Below, in pieces: positions 46,611 through 64,000 of a stretch of DNA of 64,000 nucleotides. The DNA comes from the human T2T-CHM13v2.0 reference genome, Homo sapiens: assembly GCF_009914755.1 (NCBI RefSeq), contig NC_060930.1; one strand, given 5' to 3'. The position numbers were made by a program, and so were the translations under genes. Each line of letters opens with the position of its first letter. Position 1 is the stretch's first letter. The notes below the pieces were generated by a model, which was not told the origin of the DNA, made no database searches, and saw only the letters and a program-made list of their open reading frames with translations.

Positions 46611-47569
46611 GTTTGATATTTGCTGTTGACTTAATGTAGTTTGATGCTCCAGATTAAAAGCTGTGTTTACTACTTAGCTGTTTCCCTGTATGAGTAGTTG
46701 CAACATTAAATGCCTGTAGACCCCAGGCATGTAAATTAATGACTTGGATAGAGAAAGGACAGTGGGGAACAAGAGAGCTCTTACCCTAATTCACCAACTG
46801 CTACCTATCTGCTTATTACTGCCATATGGGAATGCTGGCCGGTGTTTGCTGAGTCTTTTGATTTTTCAGTGAGAACTAGGTCCAGTTGCTTGTGTATAGT
46901 GTCTCAATTTTGAAATATTGGCAATTAATTCAAAATATCTGGGGGAAAAGACCCTAAAAGACTGTATGAGCCAAATAAAACATGCCTGGGGAATTTATTC
47001 TTAGATATTTTGAGCATTCTCTAGTTTGCCAGTTGTACATGAAAAACAACTCTCTGATAGTGAGTTTTGATTCTTTAATTCTACCGTGGTCTCTGTGCTT
47101 TCATCATTATTCACATACCTGCAAGTTGTACAGTTATGAATGCATTTGGAAACAGGTGTACAAATGGTCAGCGTGGCTAGGGAAGGGAAACAACTCAGGC
47201 TGTTTTGATACCTTGAGCAAAGAGAAATCGCTAAGGTAAAGATACCCAACTGACAGATAATGTAGAAATCCCTTACTGTCTTCCTGGCCTTATATTTCTA
47301 TTATAAGCCTCTATGCTTTGTTTAATTTATCCTGAGATCTCAGATTTTTAACCAGTATTCTAAGCTTCCAGAACTATATAAACATTGTATATATCCAAGA
47401 GTGATTTTATGAGTATTTCAGTGGAAGGATAGAGGAGAGCAAATCAGATAACACTAATTTGTAACCATGTTAACTTGAAAATTACATGATTATTTAAAGT
47501 TCTTACAAAATGCTTATGTTGAAATTAGTTTTTAGAATGTCAGTTTTCTTGTTTAATTTTCTGCATTGT

Positions 47570-47708
47570 ATTAATATATAGCCAGCCGTAGTAATTTTTT
47601 TTTATTAAACAGTTTAATTCACTGTTGTTTTGGCTGTTTTTACTTGAAAAACAACAGTGAATTAAACTGTTTAATAAAAAAAATTACTATGGCTGGCTAT
47701 ATATTAAT
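47570..47708. repeat. Near-perfect inverted repeat, ~62-bp arms, 16-nt loop
   Basis: 47570-47631 is the reverse complement of 47648-47708 apart from one substitution and T9/A8. Confidence 0.96.
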
Positions 47709-47798
47709 CTAAACAAGACTTTTTTAATACAATGCAGATAAATTATTATAGGTTTGAAAATGAACATAATAATGAAGGCTTTTAAAAAGTCTTTTTCA

Positions 47799-48960
<1,162 letters not shown>

Positions 48961-49305
48961 CCCTAACCTTTGTGTGTGTATGTGTGTATGCATATGTGTG
49001 TATTAGAGGGATATTCTAGTCTTTGGATTGAGAAGAAAATTTGTAAGATGTAAGTTTCATATACAGACAACCTTCCATTTTTATATCCTTGCTAACCATA
49101 ATACCACGTAATAACTAACAAAATTTATTATGTTTATGCTTTACTGCTAGCTTTCTTCATTCAGGTACTTTCAGAAGCATTAATGAACATTGTCTTAGAA
49201 GTGAATATTGTTAAGAAAGATCCTAGGAGATTTTTAAGTTATTAAAGCAGTGAAGATTACCTATGCTTGCTTACAGGGAAATTTATCAGGAAATGGAGTT
49301 GTTAG

Positions 49306-49668
<363 letters not shown>

Positions 49669-50064
49669 TAATAAACATCTTTGAAGCTATCTCTCTGGTA
49701 CATAGTATTGATAGTCTTTTTGCATTTTTTCTTTACTGTTTCTTCTGAAGTTATAAAAGTAACATTTTTCTTTAAAAATGAAGCAATACAAATATCTTCC
49801 TTAAATTGTTCCACTCTTTAGAGGTAGCTGTTTACAAAACTGAGTATATTAGACATTTTCCTATGCATTCACACAAATATAATTCATTTGTACTTATATG
49901 TTTATATTTAAATAGTGGGATCATATAATACATAATATTGTGTACCATACTTTTTTTTTAACCTAATGATAAATCTTGGTCATGATTCCATATCAGTGTA
50001 TTCAAAGCTACTACATCCTTAAATATAATGTTTCATAGTATGGACATTCTATAATGTGTTAAAC

Positions 50065-50260
50065 CAGAAGTGTTCAATGTTTTGGCTTCCCAGGCCCACA
50101 CTAGAAGAATTGTCTTGAGCCACACATAAAATCCACTAATACTAATGATAGCTGATGAGCTTAAAAAAAAAATCACAAAAAACTCATAATTTTAAGAAAA
50201 TTTACAAATTTCTGTTGGGCCACATTCAGAGTCATCCTAGGCCACGGGTTGGACAAGCTT
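50065..50260 (+). mobile_element. MER30
   Basis: Same layout as the 38924 copy; ends gggttggacaagctt. Confidence 0.82.
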
Positions 50261-50537
50261 TTATTAAACAGTCTTCTATTAGTGACACTTAGATTGTTAA
50301 CAATGTTTGGTTAGAGTTTGTGTCAAGATACCCTTATATTAATATCAGTGTCTTTACATGTATGTGGCAATAGTTGGTTAGAATTGTTTTCTGGAACCAG
50401 AATTTTTGGTTCAGAGAGTATGCCTATGTAAAGTTTTGCATTCCCAAATTGACCTCCAAAAGTGCAGTGATAAACATTCTACAACACTTGTTTTTGAAGC
50501 TTTATAATTTATAATTACAATCATGTCTCCTTGTTGC

Positions 50538-50840
<303 letters not shown>

Positions 50841-51879
50841 TAATCTTTATGTGCCTGATACTGGGGAGGTTTGAGAATTTGTTTCTCATAAACATTTGCT
50901 TTGTGATGGGGAAGCCTTTCTAAGGGTAACACAAACTTAGAAATGATTAAAGATTCACTGACAGATTTGACTACAAAAACATTTATAATGTCTTTATAGT
51001 GGGAACCACAAAAGGCAAAACAACAGACCGGGGAAGAAAATGCTTTTAACATAGAACTTTGTTTTTATGGTTTACGGATTGATTTATCAGAGAATGAGTT
51101 GCAGTTTCTCATTGGAAATTTTGCTGTATGTAAGAAGGTCCAATTAAATATCTCAACAGTCTTTCTAGAGCTACTGGAACAATTCTGTTACTTTAAAAAG
51201 TGAATATAAATCTAGATGCACTTTTTAGGGTGAGGGTGGTTTTTTTTTTTTAACCCTAGCGAAAATAACTTTTTTGGTAAGTTTCTTAGAATTCCATCAT
51301 GGATAAGTCAGTTATTGTGCTTCCATGCATGTTGTACATTCCAATATACACTGTAATTTTTCACAAAAAGGACGATTTTACGTTTTTTATCATGGACACT
51401 CTTCCACATACCCAGACCCCTCTAGGAAACCCTTATTCACTTAGGTTTGTGCCCTTCCGTAATTTTTTAAAGATCCTGTAATTCTGTACACAGACATAGA
51501 TACATCCACACATATAGACAATGCCTTTTTCAGTTCTGATTTTTCAAAAATGGAATTATATACTTCGTTGCATTTAATTATTAAATAAATAATGGCTCAT
51601 GTGAATGTTTCCATGAGAATCTTATAGTAACTGTATCACAGTTTATTCATTAATTCTCTACTGATGAACGTTTACTTTTTTGTGAGATCTTGACCATCAG
51701 GAACAGTATTGCATTGCACGTCCCTGTATTTTAAGTTCACATATACTGGTACTTTTATTTCAGTGGGCTGGATTTCCAGGGATCTTAATGGATAAGGAAT
51801 AGATTTGACCAGGAATGTGTTCAATTACTGTTATATGAAGAATCTTGAAGCAAAAAACATTAAATATGAGGAAGTTATT

Positions 51880-52000
51880 TTCTAAAGACAGGGTTTCATT
51901 CCTGTTGTCCCAGCTGGAGTGCAATGGCAACTCGGCTCACTGCAGCCTCCACCTTTGGGCTCAAGCAGTTCTCCTGCCCTAGCCTCCAAGTATCTGGGAT
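51880..52000 (-). mobile_element. Alu right-arm fragment
   Basis: agacagggtttc..gctggagtgcaatggc..gggctcaagc..ctgggat. Confidence 0.8.
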
Positions 52001-52017
52001 GAGGGTAATTTTAAGTA

Positions 52018-52791
<774 letters not shown>

Positions 52792-54352
52792 TACTAATTT
52801 ATCTTAATGAAATCTAGGAACTAAGATGAGGAGAGATAGAGGAGGGAGATAAAACATCTTAAAGGTCTAATGGAGGAAGAGGAAAAACAAGAACAGAGGA
52901 AATAAACTAACCAACCTAAAGGGCTCATCCTTTAGGTGGATAACTAGGGAGAATTGGAGCACGGGAAATTCAGTGTGGAAACTTTTTCATGTCGTATGTC
53001 TAGAAAAGGCACAGCTATCAGAATGAATTTAGAACTTCTAAGTAAGTGTGGAAAACAGAATAAAAACAAACTTGGTAGCACAAATAGGGAAAAGAAAGGG
53101 GAGATTAAATGATAAATATAGAAGGAATAAAATTAAATGTGAATAATTTGAGTTCACTCTTAGACATAAAAATGCTGTTTACAAGCACTTTTTAATTTAA
53201 AGAGTGAAAAATGAAATTTAATATTTATGTAAAATTAGAAAGAAAAGTTCAAATTAATGAAGCAGAAATAAATAGAATTAAAAATAAATGAATTCTTTGA
53301 AAAAGAGTAAATTCATAAGTAAGTTTAACTTGCACATCTGACCAAGTGAAAAAAGAGAGAGCAGAAGTAGGCAAAATCAGGAATAAGGAGACAACCATGG
53401 ATCTAGGGGGGAGGAACTAAGTTTGCTGCTCTGTAGCACCAAATTTGAAAACAACAAGAAATGGTGGATTTCCATTTAAAATACAAACTACTGAAATTGA
53501 ATCAAGAAAAGTCTGAATGGTTACAAGTTCTATTGTTAAAACTGTTATAGGCCATAAATAAAAGCTTCCAAATTTATTTTACAAAGTAATATCAAAACCT
53601 AACAAATAGTGTTTAAAAAGAAAACTGTAGGCCAATTTCACATGTGACAGAATATATATGCAAAAGTTTAAATAAAATATTAGGAAATAGAATCCAGCAA
53701 TATATGCGAAAAATCCTTATAACAAAACAGATGGTATTGCAGGAATTCAGTGCTGGTTCTGTACCTGAAAATGTCTATATACTATATTAAATTGAAAAGC
53801 TCATTTGAAAAAAAAACCTGTATTCAGTAGATGCTACAAATGGCCTTCGATAAAATCACCATTCCCAGTAAAAACTCTGTAAAATGGGAATAGAGGGAAA
53901 TTATCTAAATGTAATAAGGACTAAGTTTTAGAAAGTAATAGGACATAATTTTAAATGATAAAATCACAAAAATCTCCATTGTAAACAGGTTACAGATAGG
54001 CATCCCTGTTAGTACTATTTTTATTTAACATAGTGTTAGTAGTTTAAGACAAAATAAAATGTTGAAGAATAGATTAAAATAACTGTGCAAAAGATAGTAA
54101 AAGGAGGATTTGCCTTTTCGCATTTTAGATTATAGCAATATGTAAACATTTAAGGAACAGAAAAGTATATTAGTAGAACAAGTAGAGAGTGAAAAAATTC
54201 TGGTACAAATTGGGAAATTAGTATATAACAACATAGTGTTAAATTCAATGGGAAAAGTTTAATAAGAGGATTTGGTATCAACTGGCTGTCCAAAGATAAA
54301 AATGGACCGTCCTATCACATACAAAATTGTTTTTTAGATAAAGATTTAAATA

Positions 54353-55615
<1,263 letters not shown>

Positions 55616-56321
55616 TGTTCATGACACACACACAAAATCTTGAAAGATAATCTGAGAGACTGCGTATTTAGTCCTTCCTAATGAAGACTTTCTAGTCTTT
55701 GTATTATTCCCAGAAAGCATAAAAAGACGGACATATTTCATAATATAAAAATGAATTTTTATGGTAAAAATAACAAAGCCAACAGGGAAAACAATAGATC
55801 CAGAAAATTATTTCTAAAACTGTTGATGAACAAAAGGTAAATTTCTGTAATATATTAAATTCTTGCAGTGTGACAAGAAAAGAGACCATCAGTGTGATAG
55901 AGCAACAGACAAAACAAATCCAAATGTCCAACAAATGAGAAAGGAGGTCAGATTCATTATTAAAGAAGTGCAAATTAGAGAAACTGTAGAATTTAATAGG
56001 CTGTATATGACTTCTTGCTAGAGGTAATACAGAGAAAGGCACTCTCAAACTTTGGTGGACATGAGAAAACAACCTTTTGGGAAAGCAATGTGGCCAGTAA
56101 AATAAACCTGGCCAGTAAATGTGTTAGTAAAATAGCATATCTGTTTGCTATATTCTAGCAGTTGCTCTTCTGGAAATCTATCCCATAGCAGAAAATTTAG
56201 TATTTCATTTAATTGCAGTAGGTTAGGTAGTACCATAAATGTTTTTGAAACCTGAGTACAATTTGAGAATATCAGATTTTTAACATTTGGGTTTTTTTTT
56301 TTTTTTTAAAGCATTAAGTAA

Positions 56322-56616
56322 GGCTGGGCACAGTAGCTCACACCTGTAATCCCAGCACTTTGGGAGGCCAAGGCGGGTGGATTACCTGAGGTCGGGAGTT
56401 CGAGACCAGTCTGGCCAACAGGGTGAAACTCCGTCTCTACTAAAAATAAAAAAAAATTAGCTGAGCCTGGTGGCAGATGCCTGTAAGCCTAGCTGCTTGG
56501 GAGGCTGAGGCAGGAGAATTGCTTGAACCCCAGAGGCGGAGGTCATGCCACTGCACTCCAGCCTGAGCAACAGAGTGAGACTCGCTGTTTCAAAAAAAAA
56601 AAAAAAAAAAAAAAAA
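56322..56616 (+). mobile_element. Alu (AluS-type) with right-arm deletion
   Basis: Dimer lacking tgcagtgagccgaga. Confidence 0.92.
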
Positions 56617-57024
56617 GCATTCATTAGAGCCTGAGTTAGTTTCAATTTTTTTATCTAAGAAGTATCTGTTTTAGTTGAAAGAAGTACATTCATTTCTAGC
56701 TTTCAACAGTAGGTGTTTTCAGTCTTTGATTCTGGGTTATGAAGTTGCTACAGTTAAAGGGATTTTCAGATCATTTCTATTTTAAGAATATTTATGTATC
56801 TTAAGAACAGGTCTCTCTGAAATGTAGTTAATTTTTCCTGAAGATAAAAGTAATATGATTTGAATCATTGCTGTTTTAAGCAATGTTTAATAGATACTGA
56901 TTGGTATTTTCTTTTTCATCAGTTTCAAATTGATTCTATAAATTTGATAAGTTGGAGAGAAAATTCAGATAGCTAGAGATCTGTGTAACAGATGACACCA
57001 ATTAGCTTAAAATTTAAATCCTGA

Positions 57025-57367
<343 letters not shown>

Positions 57368-57704
57368 CATTGCATGTTTATGTGTTCCATGTTAGTCATT
57401 TTAGAAAATATTAACATTAGAACTGCTTTGTAGTTGGGAAATGGATGAGACTTAAAATAGGTTTTATAAGATACGAAGTACTTAAATATATTAGACTTGG
57501 GGAAGTTATTCTCTGTGAACTTTGCAATCTTTATCTGAAACTGAGCCAGATGTGAATCAGAATTCAGAAATGTTCTTCGTTCAAAAAAGAATATGGTGCA
57601 TATATTGTATTACACAATAACTTCAAAGGGTCCTTGGGTTGCGTCTCATAAACACAGCAGAATACATGAATATTCTCACTAAATGGGATAAAAGCTATCA
57701 AATA

Positions 57705-58545
57705 TTTCATTCCTTTTTATTGTTGAAAAATATTCAGCCATATGGATTTATTACATTTTGCTTATCCATTCAAACCATTGATGGACATTTGGCTTGTTCC
57801 TAGTTTTAGGCAGTTATAAATAGTGTTGCTGTGAACAGTCATATACTTTTCTTTTGGCCAACAAGCTTATATTCGTTTTGGGTGGATTGCTAGGAGTTGA
57901 ATTGCTGGTTTGAATAGTAAATTTATGTTTAACTTTTTAAGAAACTGACTATCCAAAGTGACTGTGCCATTTTACATTCTCCTTAGCAATGCATGAGAGT
58001 TACAGTTTCTCTGTATACTCACCAACACTTGATATTGTCTTTTTAAAATTATAGCCATTCTAGTGGATGTGGTTTCTCATAGTTAAATTCGTATTTCCCT
58101 AATGGCTAATAATATTGAAAATCTTTTCATGTGCATTTTCAGCCATTTATCTTCTTTGGTGAACTGTCCATTTAAATCTTTTGCCCATTTTAAAAAACCA
58201 GGTTGTCTTTTTATTAGAGTTGTAGTAGTTCTTTATGTATTCTGGATATGAGCCCTTTGTTAGATGTATCATTTATAAACATTTTTTTCTCAGCCTATGG
58301 CTTGGCTTTTCATTTTTTAATGGGGTCTTTTGAAGTGCAGAAATTTTTTATTTTGATGAATTGAAGTCCAATTTATGAACTTTATAAAAATAGATCATGT
58401 TTGGTGTTCGAAGAACTCTTCAAGAAGTTTTATAGGTTTAGTTCTTCATTTAAGTATGGTCCATTTTGGGTTTCGTGTATGATGCAAGGTAAGCATCTCA
58501 TTTCATTTTTATGCATGTAGATTTTCAGTTGTCTCAGTACCATTT
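57705..58545 (-). mobile_element. L1M(B)-type 3' region
   Basis: ttatccattca..ttgatggacatttgg..., tatgtttaactttttaagaaactg. Confidence 0.75.
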
Positions 58546-60009
58546 CCTGCGCTGAGAATGGATCACATGCCCTCTGGTTCAGCCTATATTAACATTTGTT
58601 TCTAGGAAAATGTTTTTAATTTCTTTTTCATCAAAAAGTCACTTATACAATGAGTATAAATGACTAAGGGAAAACCTATTTCTGTTTAATTTTATTTCTA
58701 TTCAGAGCAGTTACTAGAGAATATAGAAATTAAAGGAATCAATCACCTTTAAAGCTGGGTTTCCTACCATTGTATTTCATGTTCTGAAGTAAGGATGTAT
58801 TGTGTGTGCCAACTGGCCCATGATAGACATACACAGTAGACTGTGGCACCCTTTCTGGCTTATCCCCAGCAAGTTGAGATTGAGGCTCGTGCTATAATTA
58901 TTTATGGCAGCTAGACTCTGCTTCTTTGAATCTAATTATGTACATCCTGGGCTTGTAGGTCTCTGAAGTTACTAGGGGTTATATTCTGTATAAGGGGGTT
59001 TACTCTTAAGAATTTTGGACCTCCCACATGATATTTAGCTATATGTTGGGCTAAAGTCTTCACTTCAGATTTGAGCCATGTATTTACCTTCATTATGACT
59101 GCTTGACTATGGGAGTCACAATGTAAAGGTACAGATCAAACAGACATACTGTGTTAGTGTTTTTGGAAAGTAAGTTCAAAGCCAGAAATACTGTGGAGAC
59201 TAAGCTGAAGTCAGAATTGTCCTTTTCAGAGTGTTTTATACGGAGAAACAGTTACATAGCATTATGAGAATTAATTCAGTGGATGAAACCTAAAAACATT
59301 CCCTTTCTATGTTATGTACTAGACATTTAAAAAAAAAATCTCTGCTCCCATTAAAGTCAGGTTTCTTAGCAATTAGGTTAGCATCAAACATGCTCGTGTT
59401 TTTCCAAGATTGAAACCCTTTGTGCCAAGGCATCAATGTGGTTGCTTCTGTAAGCCTAGTTTATAGCAAAGAATATGCAAGAACAGAGAAATTATGGGCC
59501 ACACCATGTCAGGCTAGGGAATAGGGAGGTTTTGGGATTATGATTGGTTCGTGCCATCAGAATGCTACAAAGAGAGTAGGCCCTGGAGCCAGAAGTTTTA
59601 GAATTCTCAGAAAGTCTGGAGATTGTGTTATAGCATCCATATTGGAGATTATTTAGGGATTCAAAGCTATCAGAAACTCAGTTTTGTGAATGGTTATTTC
59701 ACATCCTAGCATTGAGTATATATGGGAATGTGAATCATGTTAAATTCATAATTGATTTTCTTTGAAAATGCTAAACTGCTACTGAAATAACTACTGCACT
59801 GGGCCGTTTGCCAGGGATGGTAGCCTGAGATATGGGGAAACAAGTGTCTCAACCAGAACAATGTGGAAATAAGATTATTGGATTTCATCACAAGTAAGAG
59901 ATTCTCCTGAATTCTCACAATTTGGGGGAGAGATGATATAAAGGCAACATACTCAGAAGTAAAAATGGTGGTGGACCAATCTCAACCCTGAGATTCCGAG
60001 GTAGACTTA

Positions 60010-61560
<1,551 letters not shown>

Positions 61561-61599
61561 TCTTCTTTACCTCAAGTTGCATTTTGATTACAATATTTC

Positions 61600-61911
61600 C
61601 CCTTCCCCCCGCCCCATCCATGATTTTGTTTTCTGTGGTTTTAGTTACCCTGGTACAAAAGTATTACATACAGTAAGGGGGGAGAGAAAGAGACCACATT
61701 CACATAACTTTCATTAATACAGAATATTGTTAATTGTTCTATTTTATTATTTTTGTTAATCTCTTACTGTGCCTAATTTACAAATTAAACTATCTTAGGT
61801 ATATGTATATATAGGGATAAAATAGTATATGTAGAGTTCACTACTATCCAGGGTTTCAGGCATCCACTGAGTCTTGGAATTTATCCCCCATGAATAAATA
61901 GGGGACTACTG
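61600..61911. mobile_element. Tigger3/MER8-type MITE
   Basis: gagaccacattcacataact...aatctcttactgtgcctaattta...ggggactactg. Confidence 0.75.
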
Positions 61912-61997
61912 CATATCTTTTTAATGGTTTTGAGGTAATCATATAATTTCCCCCCTTAAAATCTGTTATTAGAGTGAATTACATTAATATATTTTCC

Positions 61998-62304
61998 TTT
62001 TTTTTTTTTTTTTTTTTAAAGTGAGACAGGGCTCACTGTGTTGGCCAGGCTGGAGTGCAGTGGCATGATCATGGCTCACTGCAACCTTGACCTCCAAGGT
62101 TAAGGTGATCCTCCCACCTCAGCACCCCAGAGTAGCTGGGACTACAGGCACATGTCACCATATCTGGCTAACTTTTTGTATTTTTAGTAGAGACAGGGTT
62201 TTGCCGTGTTGCCCATGCTGATCTTGGACTTCTGAGCTTAAGTGATCCACCCGCCTCAGCCTACCAAAGTGCTGGGATTACAAGTGTGAGCCACTGTGCT
62301 GAGC
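61998..62304 (-). mobile_element. Alu (AluJ-type)
   Basis: Reverse dimer. Confidence 0.92.
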
Positions 62305-62439
62305 GATTTTCCTAACTTTAAATTATCCTCACGTTTCTAGGATAACACCTACTAGGCCCAAAATACATTTAAAATGTATATTGCAACCGTTTCTCTTCCC
62401 TTCCTGAATAATTCAGTCCTGAAGCCATTATGTGGGTCA

Positions 62440-63365
62440 AAGCAAGGTATGTATCTGCAAGGGGGGGTGGGGTGCTGCAATGGCCCAGAGTGGAATGTCA
62501 AAGCCCAGATTGAGTAGTAGCATCATGTTGGGGGAAGGCATCAGACCCCACTCAAGATAAGGAGGGCACCATAGGGAGGTGACTGGGGTGGCTGTGTGTG
62601 GGGATTTAGGGCCCAGGTGAAATGAGTTAGGCATCCATGGGTGGGGAAGGAGCTACCTGGTATGGGGAGTCAGAGCCAGAGCAGGGTGAGCAGGCATAGG
62701 GGCAGCCTGGCATAGTATGTGAGAGCCTAAGCAGAACAGGAAGGGACAACTACCTAGAGAGCCGCCTAGTTCCAGCATGCCGAGTCAAAGCCTAAGCAGA
62801 GTGAGGAGGGCAGACACTACTTTAATCAAGGGATCAAAATGAACATCATCCATAATGTGTACCACCTGATAGGATATAATGAGAAGAAATGACCATTACT
62901 TCTGTGCTGTTCTCACTAAAAATGCGTAGCCTAAATCTAATCAAGAGAAAATACTAAAGCCAAATTGAGGGATATTCTACAAAATAGGTGGCCTATAATA
63001 ATCTCCAATGGTGCCAGGGTCCTGAAAGAGTCTTTCAAGTGTTACTTAGGATTTAAGGAGACTGAAGGGACATGACAAATGCAAACTGTACTACTACTGT
63101 ATCTTTTTCTATAAAACGTCATTGGGATAATTTGGCATACGTGAATAATGTCTGCAGATTAAATAATAGTAATGTATCAGTGTTTATTGCCTGATTCTGG
63201 TGGTCATACTGTGGTTATGTGGGAGAATGTACTTGTTTGTAGGAAATACATACTCTTTGAAGGTAGTGAGGCATTAGGTTGGCCACTAACTACCAAATAG
63301 CTTAGGAAAAAAATGTCTTTGTACTGTATCGCCAACTTTTCTGTAACTTTGTGATTGTTTCAAAA
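62440..63365 (+). mobile_element. L1MC4/5-type 3' end
   Basis: G-rich gtcagagcc subrepeats, then cctaaatctaatca..caaattgagggatattctacaaaata. Confidence 0.6.
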
Positions 63366-63408
63366 ATTTTTTTTTAATTTAAAGTTTATTGTAGGATTTG
63401 GTTGGTAA

Positions 63409-63827
<419 letters not shown>

Positions 63828-64000
63828 TAGTACCCTCAAACAATGAATTAGTGAATTTTCCCACTCTTCCTTTCATCCAAAAGCTTCTGTAATAAAGAGA
63901 TTATCTGTTTCCTAAAGAATTGTTTGCTGGGGTTTTTTCCCGCTCTCCACTGGCCCCAGACATGATATCTCTCTCTGTCTTCAGGCTGTAGTGCAGTGGC

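Noticed and set aside
63259-63270. gaaggtagtgag, matching part of Y1 RNA 5' region
   Set aside because: 12-nt match only, flanks do not match, lies in old L1 sequence

Overview
Human (primate) genomic DNA, identified as the 5' end of ZNF292 (chr6q14.3) from the recalled protein N-terminus. 1-4.6 kb is a dead L1PA element (ORF1 tail, disrupted ORF2, 3'UTR). An upstream CpG island lies at ~10.7-11.7 kb. The main CpG-island promoter (~13.9-15.3 kb) carries clustered CACGTGAC/RCGTG boxes and coding exon 1 (14471-14638, MADEEAEQERL...YCQQLCQ). The remaining ~49 kb is intron 1; I did not find exon 2 (expected to start TLLEYAEKW). The intron holds ~30 Alus, old L1/MIR fragments, DNA transposons (MER2, MER20, MER30, Tigger4, Tigger13, a Ricksha element carrying an ERV-L piece), solo LTRs and an antisense processed pseudogene of POLR1F/TWISTNB (RNA Pol I RPA43). 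Best leads: (1) sense-strand splice and poly(A) signals bracketing the antisense POLR1F retrocopy, predicting a 63-aa ZNF292 micro-isoform with a POLR1F-antisense 3'UTR; (2) a ~62-bp near-perfect fold-back palindrome with template-switch patches; (3) a young-L1-like patch inside the older L1; (4) a perfect 63-bp tandem duplication. Repeat subfamily names come from remembered consensus sequences and are unverified. Nearly all other ORFs in the track are Alu/L1/GC-rich artefacts.
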